Assembly: GCA_964019425.1 (NCBI GenBank)
Contig: OZ025782.1
Location: 372,001-436,000 of the forward strand
Direction of reading: 5' to 3'
DNA from: Flectonema sp. DT1601
Lineage: Eukaryota
DNA length: 64,000 nucleotides
The notes below the pieces were generated by a model. That model did not search any database and was not told the origin of the DNA. It saw only the letters and a program-made list of their open reading frames with translations. The position numbers were made by a program, and so were the translations under genes. Shown here piece by piece: positions 12,236 through 25,696 of this stretch. Position 1 is the first letter of the stretch. Each line of letters opens with the position of its first letter.

Positions 12236-12583
12236 AAAAAGAACAACGAATATCGAAGTAGAGACTTTATTTATTTATTTATACATAAAAGACGTTTGCG
12301 ACAACTGCTTTTTTTTTTTTTTTTTTTTTTTAAATTTCCCTTTTTCCCCCTCTTCTTTTTTTTTTTTTTCATAAAACCAGTGAGTATTAAGAACGCAGGT
12401 TTTTTTTTACTTTGAAAAAAAAAAAAAAAAAAAAAAAAAAGATCGCGGCAACGAGTAAAGACATCCAGCCAACGATATGCAAATGCGGTTTTGCCGCAGC
12501 TTCTTTATGGGAATAATAAAAGATCGCAAAAAAAAAAAAACCAAGATGTGAAGCAGATCGTCCGGCAATTAACTGGATTAGGT

Positions 12584-12640
12584 CTCCACCCCCCTAGCTC
12601 CACCCCCTAGCTCCACCCCCTAGCTCCACCCCCTATCTAG
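12584..12640 (-). repeat. 13-bp minisatellite x4 (ctccaccccctag); G-quadruplex-forming potential on minus strand
   Basis: Four C5-C6 runs separated by 8-nt spacers. Confidence 0.85.
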
Positions 12641-12897
12641 AATAGTTTGTAAAACGAATCATCAAAAAAAAAAAGTAAAACAAAATAATGAAAAAAAAGT
12701 AGTTCGGGCACCGATGCACCCGAACATATAAAAAAAAATGGGGAGAAGAAAAAAAAAAGAAACAAAAAAATTTAATCAGACCCCATCATGACACTTATGG
12801 GTGCCCTCTCAGAGTTCGTTACGCATGCATGAAATCACAACAGAGAAAAGAGAGAAATTCGAACAAGCACTTTGATTCTCAAGACAGGGAGAATGTT

Positions 12898-12935
<38 letters not shown>

Positions 12936-13188
12936 TATGTGGGTTAAAACAAGCAATTTGGTTGAAGAGAAACGTTCTACACTACATTAAGTTTAAATTC
13001 CGTGTAGAAAAAAAGGGTGGTATCAAAGAATCAAGACTGTAGTCTCAGAGTGCTACAAATAAATGACTCGTCAATCAGGGAAAGAACACTTCTTCTTTTT
13101 TTTTTTGCGCAGCTGGAACAAAATACAGCGTACTAGACTTTAGCTAACAAAGTTCCTGATGACTACGTGGGGGTCATGTTCGCACTTT

Positions 13189-13219
<31 letters not shown>

Positions 13220-13943
13220 TTGTAATACAGTAACCAAGGGGAATTTGAAAAACTATATTATAAAGGAAGAGAAAAAACAAATAACACTCAAGATAAGCTA
13301 AGTATTTTAAAAAAAAAAAAACTAACTGAACGCAGGTCACTGAACCCCAGAAAAATCACAAGTCTCAAACGGTGACCATCTTTCTTTTCTAATTGACCCA
13401 TTTCTTTCTCTTTGTCACATTAAAAAAAAAAACGTAGTGAGACCGTGAAAAATCAAATGACCCTACGGCAATAATAGTTTTTTTTTTTTTTTTTAAAAAG
13501 TTTTGAAAAAAAATGTTTTTGTGGAGTGAACTTTGATCACCACCAACTTTGTAAAAAAAAAAAAAAAAAATTAATTCACCGAAATGCGTTCAACAAGGGT
13601 AACATCTATTTAGTTCACAAGATGGTGTAAAAAAAAGAGGGAAAAAAAAAACATTCCAAAATTTCAGAATAACAAAATTCACAACATCACTTATGGAAAT
13701 TAACTCACATTCGAGGGAAAGAACACTGCTGTTGAATAACAGACTTCAAAAGCGAAAAAGAAATCTACGTTTACCGTAATTCGTACACATGCAAGAAAAG
13801 AAATATAACCAGAGTCCTCGGTGTTCATAAGTCAGCAAGTCATAAATAAAACACTCAAGAATTACACAGGACGATCAAATCGACGGACAGGAGGAAATTG
13901 ACATGACAAGCTTTTTATGAACGTCTGAAAAAACAAAAAGGGG

Positions 13944-16796
13944 TTACACTTCTGAATATTTCATTCCTTTTAATTCAAGTTCAGCATTTCTGTAGTGCGA
14001 GGACATGTTACCTGATGATTGTCTGACTCTTCTCAAACCCAAGTTCGAAGGATTGCTCATCCGACGAGGTTCTGTTGATGGATTGCTGAGTGAATACGAA
14101 AACGTTCCTGGACGATACAGATCAGCTGAGGAATGACCAAACGAAGCCGTGATAGGAGGAATCGGTAACAATTCAGCAGATTGAAAAGAAGCACAACCAT
14201 CACTATCTTTGTCTTTATCATTATCATTTCCTTCAGCGCTGTTGTCCCAGGCAATTCGTTGAAGACGACGTCTTCTACCACTCATGAAGATGTATATTTC
14301 AGTCAACATGTCTAAACCACATTTGAATAAAAGAACCATTGAGGCACTCACCAGCAACATATTACCTGATTCAAATAACATATCATCTGTGGGGTGTTGT
14401 CCGTAGAAACCAGCAGCTATTAGGAATAACGCTGCTGCTTGTAGTCCAAGAAAAATGAAATCGGTAACACAATCGCGAGTCCTAGCATGCGGCCATAGGA
14501 TTGCTTCTGTGACGATTAGAATGACGAAAATCAAAGCTTGAGCGATTCGAACATGACCACAGGCAATGAAATCACGTGTATCCAATGCCGACACCGCAGA
14601 CAATGCTAATTGTGAAGAAAACTCAATAAGTGAAAACCAACTGAAATCTTGTCTGTAGCACCTCATTACAGATGTGTATTTCTGAACCCAATGGTTATCC
14701 TCATATCGACTGACCCACTCACCTGGACCAAGAATCATATCTTTCAGAAGTGATCTTTTATCAGCGTCATCTGGTTGATAGAACCCAAGAGAAGGTACGC
14801 CTTTTTTTATATAAATAAAGGTCACAATCGGTATGCTAATGCACAACATCAAAGCCAACAATCCCAAAAAGAAAGCGAATACATTCAAAGGATAAAGAAC
14901 AAGCAACATTGAAGCCAGACTTGTTCCCTGATACAGGAATTGAAAAACGAATAAAGGCGCTGAGGGAAATCTCAAAAATCCCTCTGGGTCATTAAAATTA
15001 TAAAGATCGCTTTTCTTCTTTGGTCCGAAGGTTACTAATGCTGAAGCGAATAGTTTCATTAAGATACCAAATCCAATAATCAGTGCCGTATTCCCAACCA
15101 AAGCACCGAATGCATGACTACCAAGTATCCTAAACTGGAGAGGGTGAAAACCGAAGCTAAGGTTGGTATATTTGCCGTAGAATTGACAATTACCCGTCAA
15201 CAGCTGCAATCGCATGGCGCCACCGGCTGCCGGTCCGGCTGCAGCTAAGGCCGTGAACCCTGCCACCGTCGCTGCTGTTTCAATTGTCTCCGTGCCACTC
15301 AACTCTGGTGCGTTCGTCTCTGGTATTACAGTCGGCTCTGCCGTAGGTGGGATAGCAGTCGGTACTGCTGTTGGGACTGCGGTGGTAGGAATGGCTGTGG
15401 GCACGGATGTTGGAATGGCGGTTGGAATCGCTGTTGGGATCGCCGTTGGAATGGCGGTTGGGATCGCTGTCGGGATCGCCGTCGGAATCGCTGTTGGGAT
15501 GGCGGTCGGGATCGCCGTTGGAACGACGGTCGGAATCGCCGTTGGAATGGCGGTTGGAATCGCTGTTGGAATCGCCGTTGGAATGGCGGTTGGGATCGCT
15601 GTCGGAATCGCTGTTGGGATCGCCGTCGGAATCGCTGTTGGGATGGCGGTCGGGATCGCCGTTGGAACGACGGTCGGAATCGCCGTTGGAATGGCGGTTG
15701 GGATCGCTGTCGGGATCGCAGTTGGGATCGCCGTCGGAATCGCTGTTGGGATGGCGGTCGGGATCGCCGTTGGAACGACGGTCGGAATCGCTGTTGGGAT
15801 CGCGGTTGGGATCGCCGTCGGAATCGCTGTTGGGATCGCGGTTGGGATCGCGGTTGGGATCGCCGTCGGAATCGCTGTCGGGATCGCAGTTGGGATCGCC
15901 GTCGGAATCGCTGTCGGGATCGCAGTTGGGATCGCCGTCGGAATCGCTGTTGGGATGGCGGTCGGGATCGCCGTTGGAACGACGGTCGGAATCGCTGTTG
16001 GGATGGCGGTTGGGATCGCTGTTGGGATGGCGGTTGGGATGGCGGTTGGGATCGCTGTTGGGATCGCGGTTGGAATTGCCGTCGGAATGGCGGTTGGAAT
16101 AGCCGTCGGGATGGCGGTTGGAATAGCCGTCGGGATCGCCGTTGGAATTGCCGTCGGAATCGCCGTCGGAATGGCGGTTGGAATAGCCGTCGGGATGGCG
16201 GTTGGAATAGCCGTCGGGATCGCCGTTGGAATTGCCGTCGGAATCGCTGTCGGGATGGCGGTCGGAATCGCTGTTGGAATTGCCGTCGGAATCGCCGTCG
16301 GAATGGCGGTTGGAATTGCCGTCGGGATCGCCGTTGGAATTGCCGTCGGAATCGCCGTCGGGATCGCTGTCGGGATGGCGGTCGGGATGGCGGTCGGGAT
16401 GGCGGTCGGGATGGCGGTCGGGATGGCGGTCGGAATCGCTGTTGGAATCGCTGTTGGAATGGCGGTTGGAATCGCCGTCGGGATTGCTGTCGGGATGGCG
16501 GTCGGAATCGCTGTCGGTACTGCTGTAGGAACAGCCGTTGGAACGACACATCTCCCGGTGGCATAATTCGGAAATCGAGTTGGAAAATGCTGAGCGCAAA
16601 CAGTACAACTCGAAACACACCTATCAATTACACACCAACCACTTGGTACACAAGTATAACCAACACCTCCCCATCCTGAACAAGTTGAATAACTTGGCGG
16701 CCAAGCTTCATAGCAGTCAGATAACGACAATTTAACCACCGCAAAGACGAGAAGCAAACGTAGCGAAGGAGTTCCGGTATTTGTGTAGAAGGTCAT
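13944..16796 (-). CDS. Signal peptide + Cys-rich head + (PTAI)n mucin-like stalk + multi-pass membrane domain protein
   Basis: 950-aa ORF: hydrophobic N-terminus, 8-Cys domain, ~100 PTAI repeats, many hydrophobic helices. Paralog at 25697-27586. Confidence 0.92.
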   Translation of the reverse strand: MTFYTNTGTPSLRLLLVFAVVKLSLSDCYEAWPPSYSTCSGWGGVGYTCVPSGWCVIDRCVSSCTVCAQHFPTRFPNYATGRCVVPTAVPTAVPTAIPTAIPTAIPTAIPTAIPTAIPTAIPTAIPTAIPTAIPTAIPTAIPTAIPTAIPTAIPTAIPTAIPTAIPTAIPTAIPTAIPTAIPTAIPTAIPTAIPTAIPTAIPTAIPTAIPTAIPTAIPTAIPTAIPTAIPTAIPTAIPTAIPTAIPTAIPTAIPTAIPTAIPTAIPTAIPTVVPTAIPTAIPTAIPTAIPTAIPTAIPTAIPTAIPTAIPTAIPTAIPTAIPTAIPTAIPTAIPTAIPTVVPTAIPTAIPTAIPTAIPTAIPTAIPTAIPTAIPTVVPTAIPTAIPTAIPTAIPTAIPTAIPTAIPTAIPTAIPTAIPTAIPTVVPTAIPTAIPTAIPTAIPTAIPTAIPTAIPTAIPTAIPTSVPTAIPTTAVPTAVPTAIPPTAEPTVIPETNAPELSGTETIETAATVAGFTALAAAGPAAGGAMRLQLLTGNCQFYGKYTNLSFGFHPLQFRILGSHAFGALVGNTALIIGFGILMKLFASALVTFGPKKKSDLYNFNDPEGFLRFPSAPLFVFQFLYQGTSLASMLLVLYPLNVFAFFLGLLALMLCISIPIVTFIYIKKGVPSLGFYQPDDADKRSLLKDMILGPGEWVSRYEDNHWVQKYTSVMRCYRQDFSWFSLIEFSSQLALSAVSALDTRDFIACGHVRIAQALIFVILIVTEAILWPHARTRDCVTDFIFLGLQAAALFLIAAGFYGQHPTDDMLFESGNMLLVSASMVLLFKCGLDMLTEIYIFMSGRRRRLQRIAWDNSAEGNDNDKDKDSDGCASFQSAELLPIPPITASFGHSSADLYRPGTFSYSLSNPSTEPRRMSNPSNLGLRRVRQSSGNMSSHYRNAELELKGMKYSEV
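15340..16545 (-). repeat. 12-bp coding minisatellite (PTAI), ~100 units
   Basis: Degenerate 12-mers such as gttgggatcgct. The PTVV variant recurs near 15521, 15665, 15773 and 15977. Confidence 0.95.
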
Positions 16797-17914
16797 CTGT
16801 CATTTCAACTGTAGAAAGGGAGCGAAAAGTTACGTTGGTTTTTCTGACAATAAAAAGAATTGGGTTTTGTCATCTCGACCACTGATACGGATTGCTGTTC
16901 CAAGAGAAAATAAATAATAAAATACAAACATGTTTCAGGAATAGCAGAGCGGATGCTATTTTCTCACAACCATTTGGCATCACCGTAAGAACTTTTGGTA
17001 AAGAGTTGTTTTAGCCTATCATCCAGGTCAGGCAATCCCTTTTGAGAAGACTCACCCACCACAGGTATCAACAACAAAGAAGCTACCTCATCACCAACGA
17101 TGAGTGAATAAGAGCGAAAGAAGAGGAAAACAAAAAGAAAACTTAACTGTGTGAATAATTCAACATCGAACTGAACCCTTGCAAGACAGACCAACACAGG
17201 TTGCATAGGAAGTAAAAGATAAATAACGGAAAGACAAAAAAAGAAGTTGAATAAGCAGAGGTTTAATATTCATTTTTTTATTTTTTTTTATTTTTTTATT
17301 TTTTTAACAAAGGTAAACGACCATAAAGATGTCCCCCAGGAAGAAATACGAAACCGGTGGTAATTATTTTGCTTTTCTTCGTCAGCTGGAATTCTATTTG
17401 AGAAAAAATTGAGTTGGTCTTTAAGTGTAAGCTGGATACAAGCTGTCTCCTATCACAGTAAAAAAAAAAAAAAAAAAACACGCTGAGAAAAAATCTCTTA
17501 AAAACCCCCCAATTCACTCTTCACTCTGTGACGCGACTTTTTTTTTCTTTTCTTTCTCCAAACGTTGTCGGCTTCAGCCTTCCAGAAGAATAAGAAGGGC
17601 TCTGAAGGGCCATCAATTTTTTTTTTGTTATAATTTCTTAAAAAAAAGTTTGTTTTTTTTACTCAGACAGGTGGCTAGCAGACAGCTAAACATAAAATAC
17701 CACCGCAAGTCGCAAACATAACTCAAAGTAACCAGAGAGAAGCGATTGAGGAGGGGACTAATTTCTCCGTCCGAACGTAATATTTCTTTTTTTTTTTTTT
17801 TTTTTTTTTTTGTTTGCAGTTGCGAGGGCATCAAACATAGATACCACACAACCGTTGTATTTTCTATGGGGATTTTATCCTAAATTCTCCAACAAAAAAA
17901 AAAAAAAAAAAAAA

Positions 17915-18155
17915 TCTCATACTGCTCAAGTGGGAGCTACCAGGTGCGGCTCTTGACAGCATGAGGGCACTAGGCGCAAATCTCCTGTTTACTCCCCGTG
18001 GCTGACCTCTGTAATCCTGTCAGCCTGTGTGCGTCAGCTAAGTCCTTCGGAGCTCCCCCCCAACTTAAGTCGGCAAGTTTAGGATTCCGCTGTGTTGGAC
18101 AGTGAAACAGTTGGGGCTGGAGTTTAATCGGATGGCCTTGCCCCGATGGTGGTAA
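17915..18155. other. GC-rich island with several hairpins (candidate structured RNA or element end)
   Basis: Inverted repeats ctcatactgctcaag/cttgacagcatgag, ggctgac/gtcagcc and ccccaact/agttgggg in an AT-rich context. Confidence 0.35.
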
Positions 18156-19838
18156 AATATCTTTTTGGGAGAATTAAAAAAAAATCTCCAAAATACAATT
18201 CACCCACCATTTTAAAAAAAAATAAATGAATAAATAAATAATAACTTTACCGAAAATCTTAAATGATATCCCAGAAAGCAACAAAGCATTCGTAGAGGAA
18301 AAAGTCCATAACTCGAAAGGTAGAATTATTGGACAAACCAAAGCTGGGTACATTATCCAGGAAGTTTTCAGATTTAATCCAAAATCTCAACAACGTTAGA
18401 CACATACTCACCACGCACGAAAACAGAACCGTTTCATTTTTTTGTTATTAAAACCTAACATTTGCTATATAACCAGAGTACCCTAAGGAGGGTAACTCAC
18501 ACCAACAGAGGACACAATCCGTAGCCGTTTCATTTGCACACGGACACCGTAGTCCAAAAAAAAATTTTTTTTAAAAAAAACTGAAATGAAATATGGAAAG
18601 ACCCCAATTTAGGTTTGTATTGTGTTGTCTGACTGTGTCTAATCCTCAACTCAGCTGGACTAAGCTCTCAAAATAGAACAGAAAAAAGAAACCTATGATG
18701 GGGCTTTGTTTTTACTGTAGTCATTGACACAAAAAAGACAAAAATAAAAAAAGAATGAAAAGAAGAAACACAAGTTACTCCGAAGAATTAGTATTTTAAG
18801 GCTCGCAAAAAAAAAAACAAAAAAAAAAAAAGAACAGAATTTGGAGGCTTTTTAACTTGAACTATACAGAAAAGGGTAACAAGCAGACTTATAAAGCTAA
18901 AAGGAAGTTTACGCTTGCTGTTCAATAATGAAAGGAAGAAATAAATATAAAAAAAAAAGGGACATCGCCTGCAAACAGATTTGTCTGAGAAGCTAAAAAT
19001 GTCATAAAAAATGAATTTAATATTTTGAAAAAGTGATATTAAAAAACCGAAGATGTAAATAAAACACAACTGTTCTGATGTTTTTATTTAACATCTGTCA
19101 AGTTCTGGGGGGGACTTCATTCTGACTAATCATTCAACCATAACCATATGAGAACTCCAGAGAGGGTAAACACAGCAACAGAATCAATCCGTCGTCGTTT
19201 ACAGAGAAATTCTCAGCGGTTTACAAGAAGAAAAGCAGTAACACAGCCACAGCTAGCTGTCTTTCTTTATATAACAGGATCACAATAAGAGAATAAGACA
19301 GCTTCAAGTCTATCAAAGTTTGCAGAAGTCCACCACGAACCGTCATAATCACACCGTAAAGAAAAGAAGAAGGGAAAAAAAAAAGTGTACCGACGTAAAG
19401 CCGGAGAAGAAAACTATTCAGATAGAAAACCGTTATTTCCTATGGTCATGATTTATTTTCCCCATGCGACAGGATTCTGTATGCGTTCAACGAAATATAT
19501 AAGGCTTTATCTGAACGGTGTTTTTTTTTTTTTTTTTTTTTTTTCCCTCTGCTTTTTTCTCAAATAATTACATAAATAAGTCAGGTATCCCAATCGTTGT
19601 AAAAGAAAACGGGGAGAAAAAAAAACTTTTTATTATTTATAGAACTCGAAAATTAAAAAAAAAAAAAACCAATAAAGTAATGATGAAAAAGAATTGTTGC
19701 AGTTTTAACTTTGTTTTTTTCTTTTCCGTCGATTTCTTTTTTTTTTAATTATTATTATTATCACATTCCTTCATGTCTTTTAATTGATGATCAAATTTCA
19801 TTGAAATTAGTTTTTGGGTTTCAAAAATAATATCATCG

Positions 19839-19872
<34 letters not shown>

Positions 19873-20721
19873 GATCTTGTCAAACATAAGATAACAAACC
19901 GTCAGTAAAGTCTCACAGTAGTTTTTTTTATATACTAAGAAAGCATTCATGCTGGTTCCATTTAACACTTAAAGTTTTGGAAAACCTTTGTTTCAGAATC
20001 CACTAATTATAATATTCGTTCCCCTTTGTTTCTTTGAACCTCATCAGTAAGTCCTAGGGGAAAACTTTATTCCAAAAAAAAGAAATTCTTCTTCTTTTCA
20101 AGAGTTTTTCGTTTAATTATTTAAAGACTGGGACCGTAGTCGCAATGAACCTGAGAGAGCTAAAATAATAGTTTTACGTTTTTTTTTTTTTTTGCTTTTC
20201 AACTTTTCTCATTAGCTATTTGTAGTATCATTATAGTTACGAAGTGAAGTCAACGAAAATATCAGTTCTTTAATCCGAATAGTTGCTTTTTACTTTTTTT
20301 TACCTCACACTTTGTTTTGTTTGTGCGCAAGGGCCTCGGGAACCAAGTACAAAATCCTAATAAAGGAAATAGGTTAGTTTACGCTGCCACAATTCTCTTT
20401 CTACCGTACAAAGTAATTGGAAAGAAAAAATAGATTAATAAGAACAACTGAGTAATACCACAATCGCTTCGACAAGCAACCGATGTTATCACTGATTAGT
20501 TTTTAGTTTTTTTTTTTTTTTTTTTGCAATTTTTCAGAAGGGCTGCAGTCACCAGTGAAAAACATCAGTACATTAAGACAAAAAAAAAAAAAAAAAAAAA
20601 AGATAGATGGATGGATAGAAAAAGAATTATCTAATTTCTTTCTTTTTTTCGTTTCTTTTTTTTTAACTCACATTTTTTTTTTTTTTTTTTTTTTGTTTGC
20701 TAAAATGGTACAAAGAATCCT

Positions 20722-21391
20722 AATAAAGGAATAACAGGTGGCTTAACAATGTCTACGACTATAAAACCATTTTTAAAATAGATTGAAAAGAGAGTCCTTA
20801 ACATCGTTAACCAAACCCAGACGTAGAATTGGAAGGGGTTAACCATTTGATTTTGTACGTAAAAAATACAAATGTGTTGTATCATAAACAACATAACGAT
20901 AATTTTAACATTAGTTTTAGATACAGTGACTAGGTGTGATGCTTAACTTAGCCTTTTAAAGTAACTATTTAGGTTTCGAGAGCAATTGTAAGCAGTACAA
21001 TAAAGGAATAACAGGTGGCTTAACAATGTCTATGACTATAAAATCATTTTTAAAATAGATTGAAAAGAGAGTCCTTAACATCGTTAACCAAACCCAGACG
21101 TAGAATTGGAAGGGGTTAACCATTTGATTTTGTACGTAAAAAATACAAATGTGTTGTATCATAAACAACATAACGATAATTTTAACATTAGTTTTAGATA
21201 CAGTGACTAGGTGTGATGCTTAACTTAGCCTTTTAAAGTAACTATTTAGGTTTCGAGAGCAATTGTAAGCAGTACAATAAAGGAATAACAGGTGGCTTAA
21301 CAATGTCTATGACTATAAAATCATTTTTAAAATAGATTGAAAAGAGAGTCCTTAACATCGTTAACCAAACCCAGACGTAGAATTGGAAGGG
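20722..21391. repeat. Tandem repeat, 277-bp unit, ~2.4 copies
   Basis: ataacaggtg at 20731, 21008 and 21285. Part of the unit recurs dispersed at ~10800-10895, ~48030-48125 and ~52495-52550. Confidence 0.93.
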
Positions 21392-23428
21392 GAAAAAGAC
21401 TTTTGAGCATCTTGTCTATTTTCATCTCTCTTATTTTGATCATTAAAGACTCTGATGGGGTAGTATGAGTTGAAAAAAAATAAATCACTTTTTAGGTATT
21501 TTTCAGAAAAGGTTTTCGTTTTTAGAAATTAACGATTTAGATTGACACGCTAAAACGCGCATCACAGAGAGCTCACGAGGCAACAACAACCATAACGAAG
21601 ACACAATCTAGTTAGGACTGTGTTTTTTTGTAATAGCTTTAGGGCTGACGAGAACCGACAGAAAAAAAAAAAAAAACAATTAAACAATCCAAAAAAACAG
21701 AGGGACTGTAGTTTTCATTTTTGTCGTCCCAAATCCAGACAGAAAACCAATATAGAATATGACAGGTGACTAAAGGTAATTTTAGTTTTTGATTTAAGCA
21801 CTCTGTGAATAGTGACCTCAACAACCTAAACACTTCAACTATCCAGTTTGAAATATCATTTAATAACCGAAGGGACTACTTTACCAAGTCTGTTCCACTC
21901 ATCGCAAAAAAAATCCAATTCACTTAATGAACAGATAGACAAATAAAGAAATCCACTTCATTACACATTAATCATCATTGATGCAGTTATGTCAAAATAT
22001 ATGAGTTTATTATAAAAAAAAGTGCACTAAATTGAAATTATAAAAAAAAAATTATAAAAAACACAATTGTCTTATACTACTTGTCCCTCTTAGGTCTTCA
22101 TCAGTAAGTTCTGAGAGACTTCATTCACTGATGTGGTTAAGATAACTTTAACATATCTGCGAGGCAAATTTAAATATGAGTTTTTTTTTTGTTATAAAAT
22201 CAGTGACTCTAAATCAAAGATATAAAAAAAAAAAAAGAACACTGATGCCGATGTTCTATTTTTTTTTTTTTTTTTTTTTCCCCCCCCCAAAGCAGGGAAG
22301 TCAAAAACCCGCGAGGTACCAGTAATTCGGTAGACTCCCACAGGCTAGAAGAGACGAAAGTTGACAACAAGTAAGTGACGACCAAGACACACACTAGTGG
22401 TGGAATCTTTATCTTAATCTACTTGTTCCTATTGGGTAATTATTTTAGTCAGTCGTTTAGAATAGTCAACTTGAATTTTATCATTATAATAGACTAGAAC
22501 ATTAATTTCTTTTTTTTTTTTTTTTTTTTTTAAAAAGGTTTTTTAAAGGAAAGGGGAAAAAAAAAACAGATCCACAAATTGTGTTCTGATGTGCAAGAAA
22601 ATATGTTCATTAAAGAGAAGAAGAATGAAAAAAAAATTCTCATGAGCTCTATGAATTGCCTAACAAGAACAAGAAAAAAGATATTTATTCGTTTTTGTAA
22701 TTATTTTTTATTTTATTTTTTTTTTTTTTTGATGTTATTTTTTTTTTTTATTATTCATTTTATTTTATTTATCGAGGTCAGAGAAAGTCAAAATATTTAC
22801 AAAAGCACTACAACTGTGAAACTCTCGCAGGCGAGAGAGAGACGTGAATTCGAACAGTAGCAAATGACTCCCAAGCAAGCAGTGAAAGAGATGAAGGGAG
22901 GGGAGAACACGCCACTATTTTAAAAATATTAAAAAATAAATACTTGAGATCAAACCAAAAGAATTCCATCGGAAATACGTGAAAATTGTTAATTTTTGTT
23001 TTTTTCCTATTCAAAACGAAACGCCTCCCCTTGAAGAGAGTGCCGAAAAAAAAAAAAAAAAAAAAAAAGATTTCATAAAAAGAAAAACAAGTTGGCTTTC
23101 ATAAGAATCGGAAATCAGGGAAAATTTCTTTTTTTTTTTTTTTTTTTTCCTTCTTCATTTAATGAAGAGAAAAGAAGAAAAAAAACACAATAAAAAAAGA
23201 AGAAAAAAAAAGAGATAACAACGTGGTAAATAGACTAATACAAACCTCCAACTAATGAAACAAAGACACTGTTGAGAGGCATAAAAAGAAGTGAACTCAT
23301 AATGCCGTTCGAATAGCTAATATAGTATACAGGCTATTTTCAAAGAACTTTTTTTTTTTTTTTTCGAAGAAGGTTTTTTTTTTTTTTTTTTAAAAACCTC
23401 AAACGACAACGAAACAACAAAAACAGAG

Positions 23429-23645
23429 GTTTAGTTTAGTTTAGTTAGCAAAATACAAACTGATGACTACGAGGGGTCTGGGTAGCCCGCATCAGTAAGG
23501 ACCCAATCGCGAAGATTGTAGTTTCATAGTATTGGCTGGAAGTGATCGACTTCCAGCCTCCACCTTGCCCAGAGGCTAACAGGTTGTAAACAACTAAAGG
23601 AAATAAAAGAGAAACGATCTGGGAGTGGGGGGAAGGTGAAAAAAA
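23429..23645 (-). mobile_element. SINE-like family B copy (~210 bp, (CTAAA)n tail on minus strand)
   Basis: Nearly identical to 48895-49105 and 59733-59916. Contains internal hairpins. Confidence 0.78.
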
Positions 23646-25696
23646 ATAAAAAATCTTCTTTCTTTCATATACATCTTTCTTTATAATACGACCACATGTG
23701 CCATATGCCCACACTCCACGAATGAAAATAGAAAACCCCGGAACAGTACCGAGGATCGTTCACCCCCAGTTGTCCAAAGCATTATAAGTGTACTGTGGGC
23801 TTACCGAAAAGCTTTAGAAATGTACCACAAAAGATTTGGGCAGCACATAGCCATATCACTCAGCAAGAAATGAAAACCAAAAGGATCAGGTAAGATGACA
23901 GTCAGTTTAAGGTCATAACTGCGCCGGACCTAGAGGAATAGAGATATAAAAAAAAGATAAAAAAAGAAAAAAAGTCCACATACATTACATATTGCTAATT
24001 CACTGATACAGCAAAAATACGGAACATTTGGTTAACTCCCCAGAGCTACGAGGCAACAGCAACGCAGGTAGACCCAACCACCTTGTCCGACTGTACAAAA
24101 AAAACTTAACAACGTTGAACTAAATAGTGAACAGTAAGGATCATTCAGTTTGCATTATTTTAAACAAAAAAAAAAGCCAAAAAAAACAAAAAAAAAGTGG
24201 CGATAGAATCGCACAAAACCCAAAACTGATTAGAGGACAAAGAAAAAACACCTGTGTGAGACGAACCAACAACTACACTGTTTTTTTTTGTTTTTTTTTT
24301 GTCTCACCAACAGTATTTTCTTTATATTTTCCTACCTAGATAATCAACAGGATTTTTTTTTTTTTTTTTTTTTTCTTTCCTTCCCTTCCCTTTCCTTTTT
24401 TTTTTTTTTTTTGCCAACCAACTATTAACAACACAATAAACAATCCTTACGCCATTACATTAGTTCCCGTCATTCAATATCCCACGAAGAAGTGAGATCT
24501 TTGACAACAACTTAATGTCGGGCAGTGATACGGCTGAACTACACCAAAAGGGAGAAAATATTTATTTACTTACCAAGCTTAGGAAGCCAAAAGAAGACAA
24601 CCTATATTGGCATTTAAAAGATAAAGATAAGAGATAATAATAAAAAAAAAGGATTTAACAGACACCTGTTCTCGATCCCATCGGATCCACCGAGAAGGTA
24701 CTTTAAAAAGAAACGTTCTTGTTGTTCTTATTTTATATTTTTTTTTTTTGTTGTTGTTTTACACACACACAAAAAAAAAAAAAAAAGAAAAGAGAAGAGA
24801 AGGGTTGCAAAAAAGCGTACGTAAAGAACCCATCCAATCTGATGGGTAACCACCTAGCAGAGGTTGCTGTTAGGTACGTACTGGACTCCCGTCCCAATAT
24901 AATAATATAAAAGAGAGAAATAAAATAAACATAAAAAGAACATGAAGTTAATTTTTTTTTTTTTTTTTTTTTTTTGCTAACTTATTTTTTTTAAATTTAC
25001 ACAAAAGGGACTTGTTGAAGCAAACAAAAAAAAATATAAAAAAAAAAAAATTTAAAAAGGAATGACGTGAAAAAACGAAAAAATAAGAGTGGGCTATTAT
25101 CGGTGAGAAGAAAACAAAAAAAAAAAAAAAACAATATCGTCACTCTTAGTTTGTGACGTTTTTTTTTTTTTTATTTATTTTCACCTAATTTTTGAGTTAG
25201 AAAAAAAAGAAACCAAACCAAAAAAAAAAAAAAAAAGGAGAGAACGGAACACATGTGTTCATACACATGTTAAAAAGAAAACAATAATAATAATAAATAA
25301 ATAATACCACACAAGTTCAAAAAAATATCCATAAAAAAACAAGACTATTCTTTCACACAGTACAAAAAGAAATCAGGAGGGAGAGATTTGAATGTGGGGG
25401 TGTAGGCCAGACTTTTAGGAAGCAATTTAATTACTTCTACAGCGTCGTCCACTTGCCAATAGCACAACAGGAAAAAAGAGAGCCCCCCCCTCCTCACAGA
25501 GAAAATAAGTAAAACTAAAAAAAAAATAAGTAGAAAAGAAGTTATAAAAATTTAAAAAAAAAAACACATCCTCTTTTTCCTTTCAACCATCAAACTTGAA
25601 AGGAAAGAAAAACATTGTTAGAATCAAACGATGTAAATAATAAGTATAAAAAATAAAAAAACAAGAATATTTAAAAAAACAAAAACGCCGATTTTT

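Noticed and set aside
12584..12640. Possible interstitial telomere
   Set aside because: The 13-bp unit is not a TTAGGG-like telomeric repeat.
5300..13900. Many 60-140 aa Lys/Phe-rich ORFs in intergenic regions throughout the window
   Set aside because: Products of poly-A/poly-T tracts with no coding signal.
15214..16627. Long alternative-frame and antisense ORFs over the PTAI array (also 27027-27423)
   Set aside because: Shadow ORFs of a stop-free 12-bp repeat.
23459..23530. CTGATGA in family B suggesting a hammerhead ribozyme
   Set aside because: No GAAA after the putative stem II, and the motif is on the strand opposite the tail.
23750..23770. ggatcgttcaccc resembling LSU rRNA
   Set aside because: Match too short and the flanks do not continue it.
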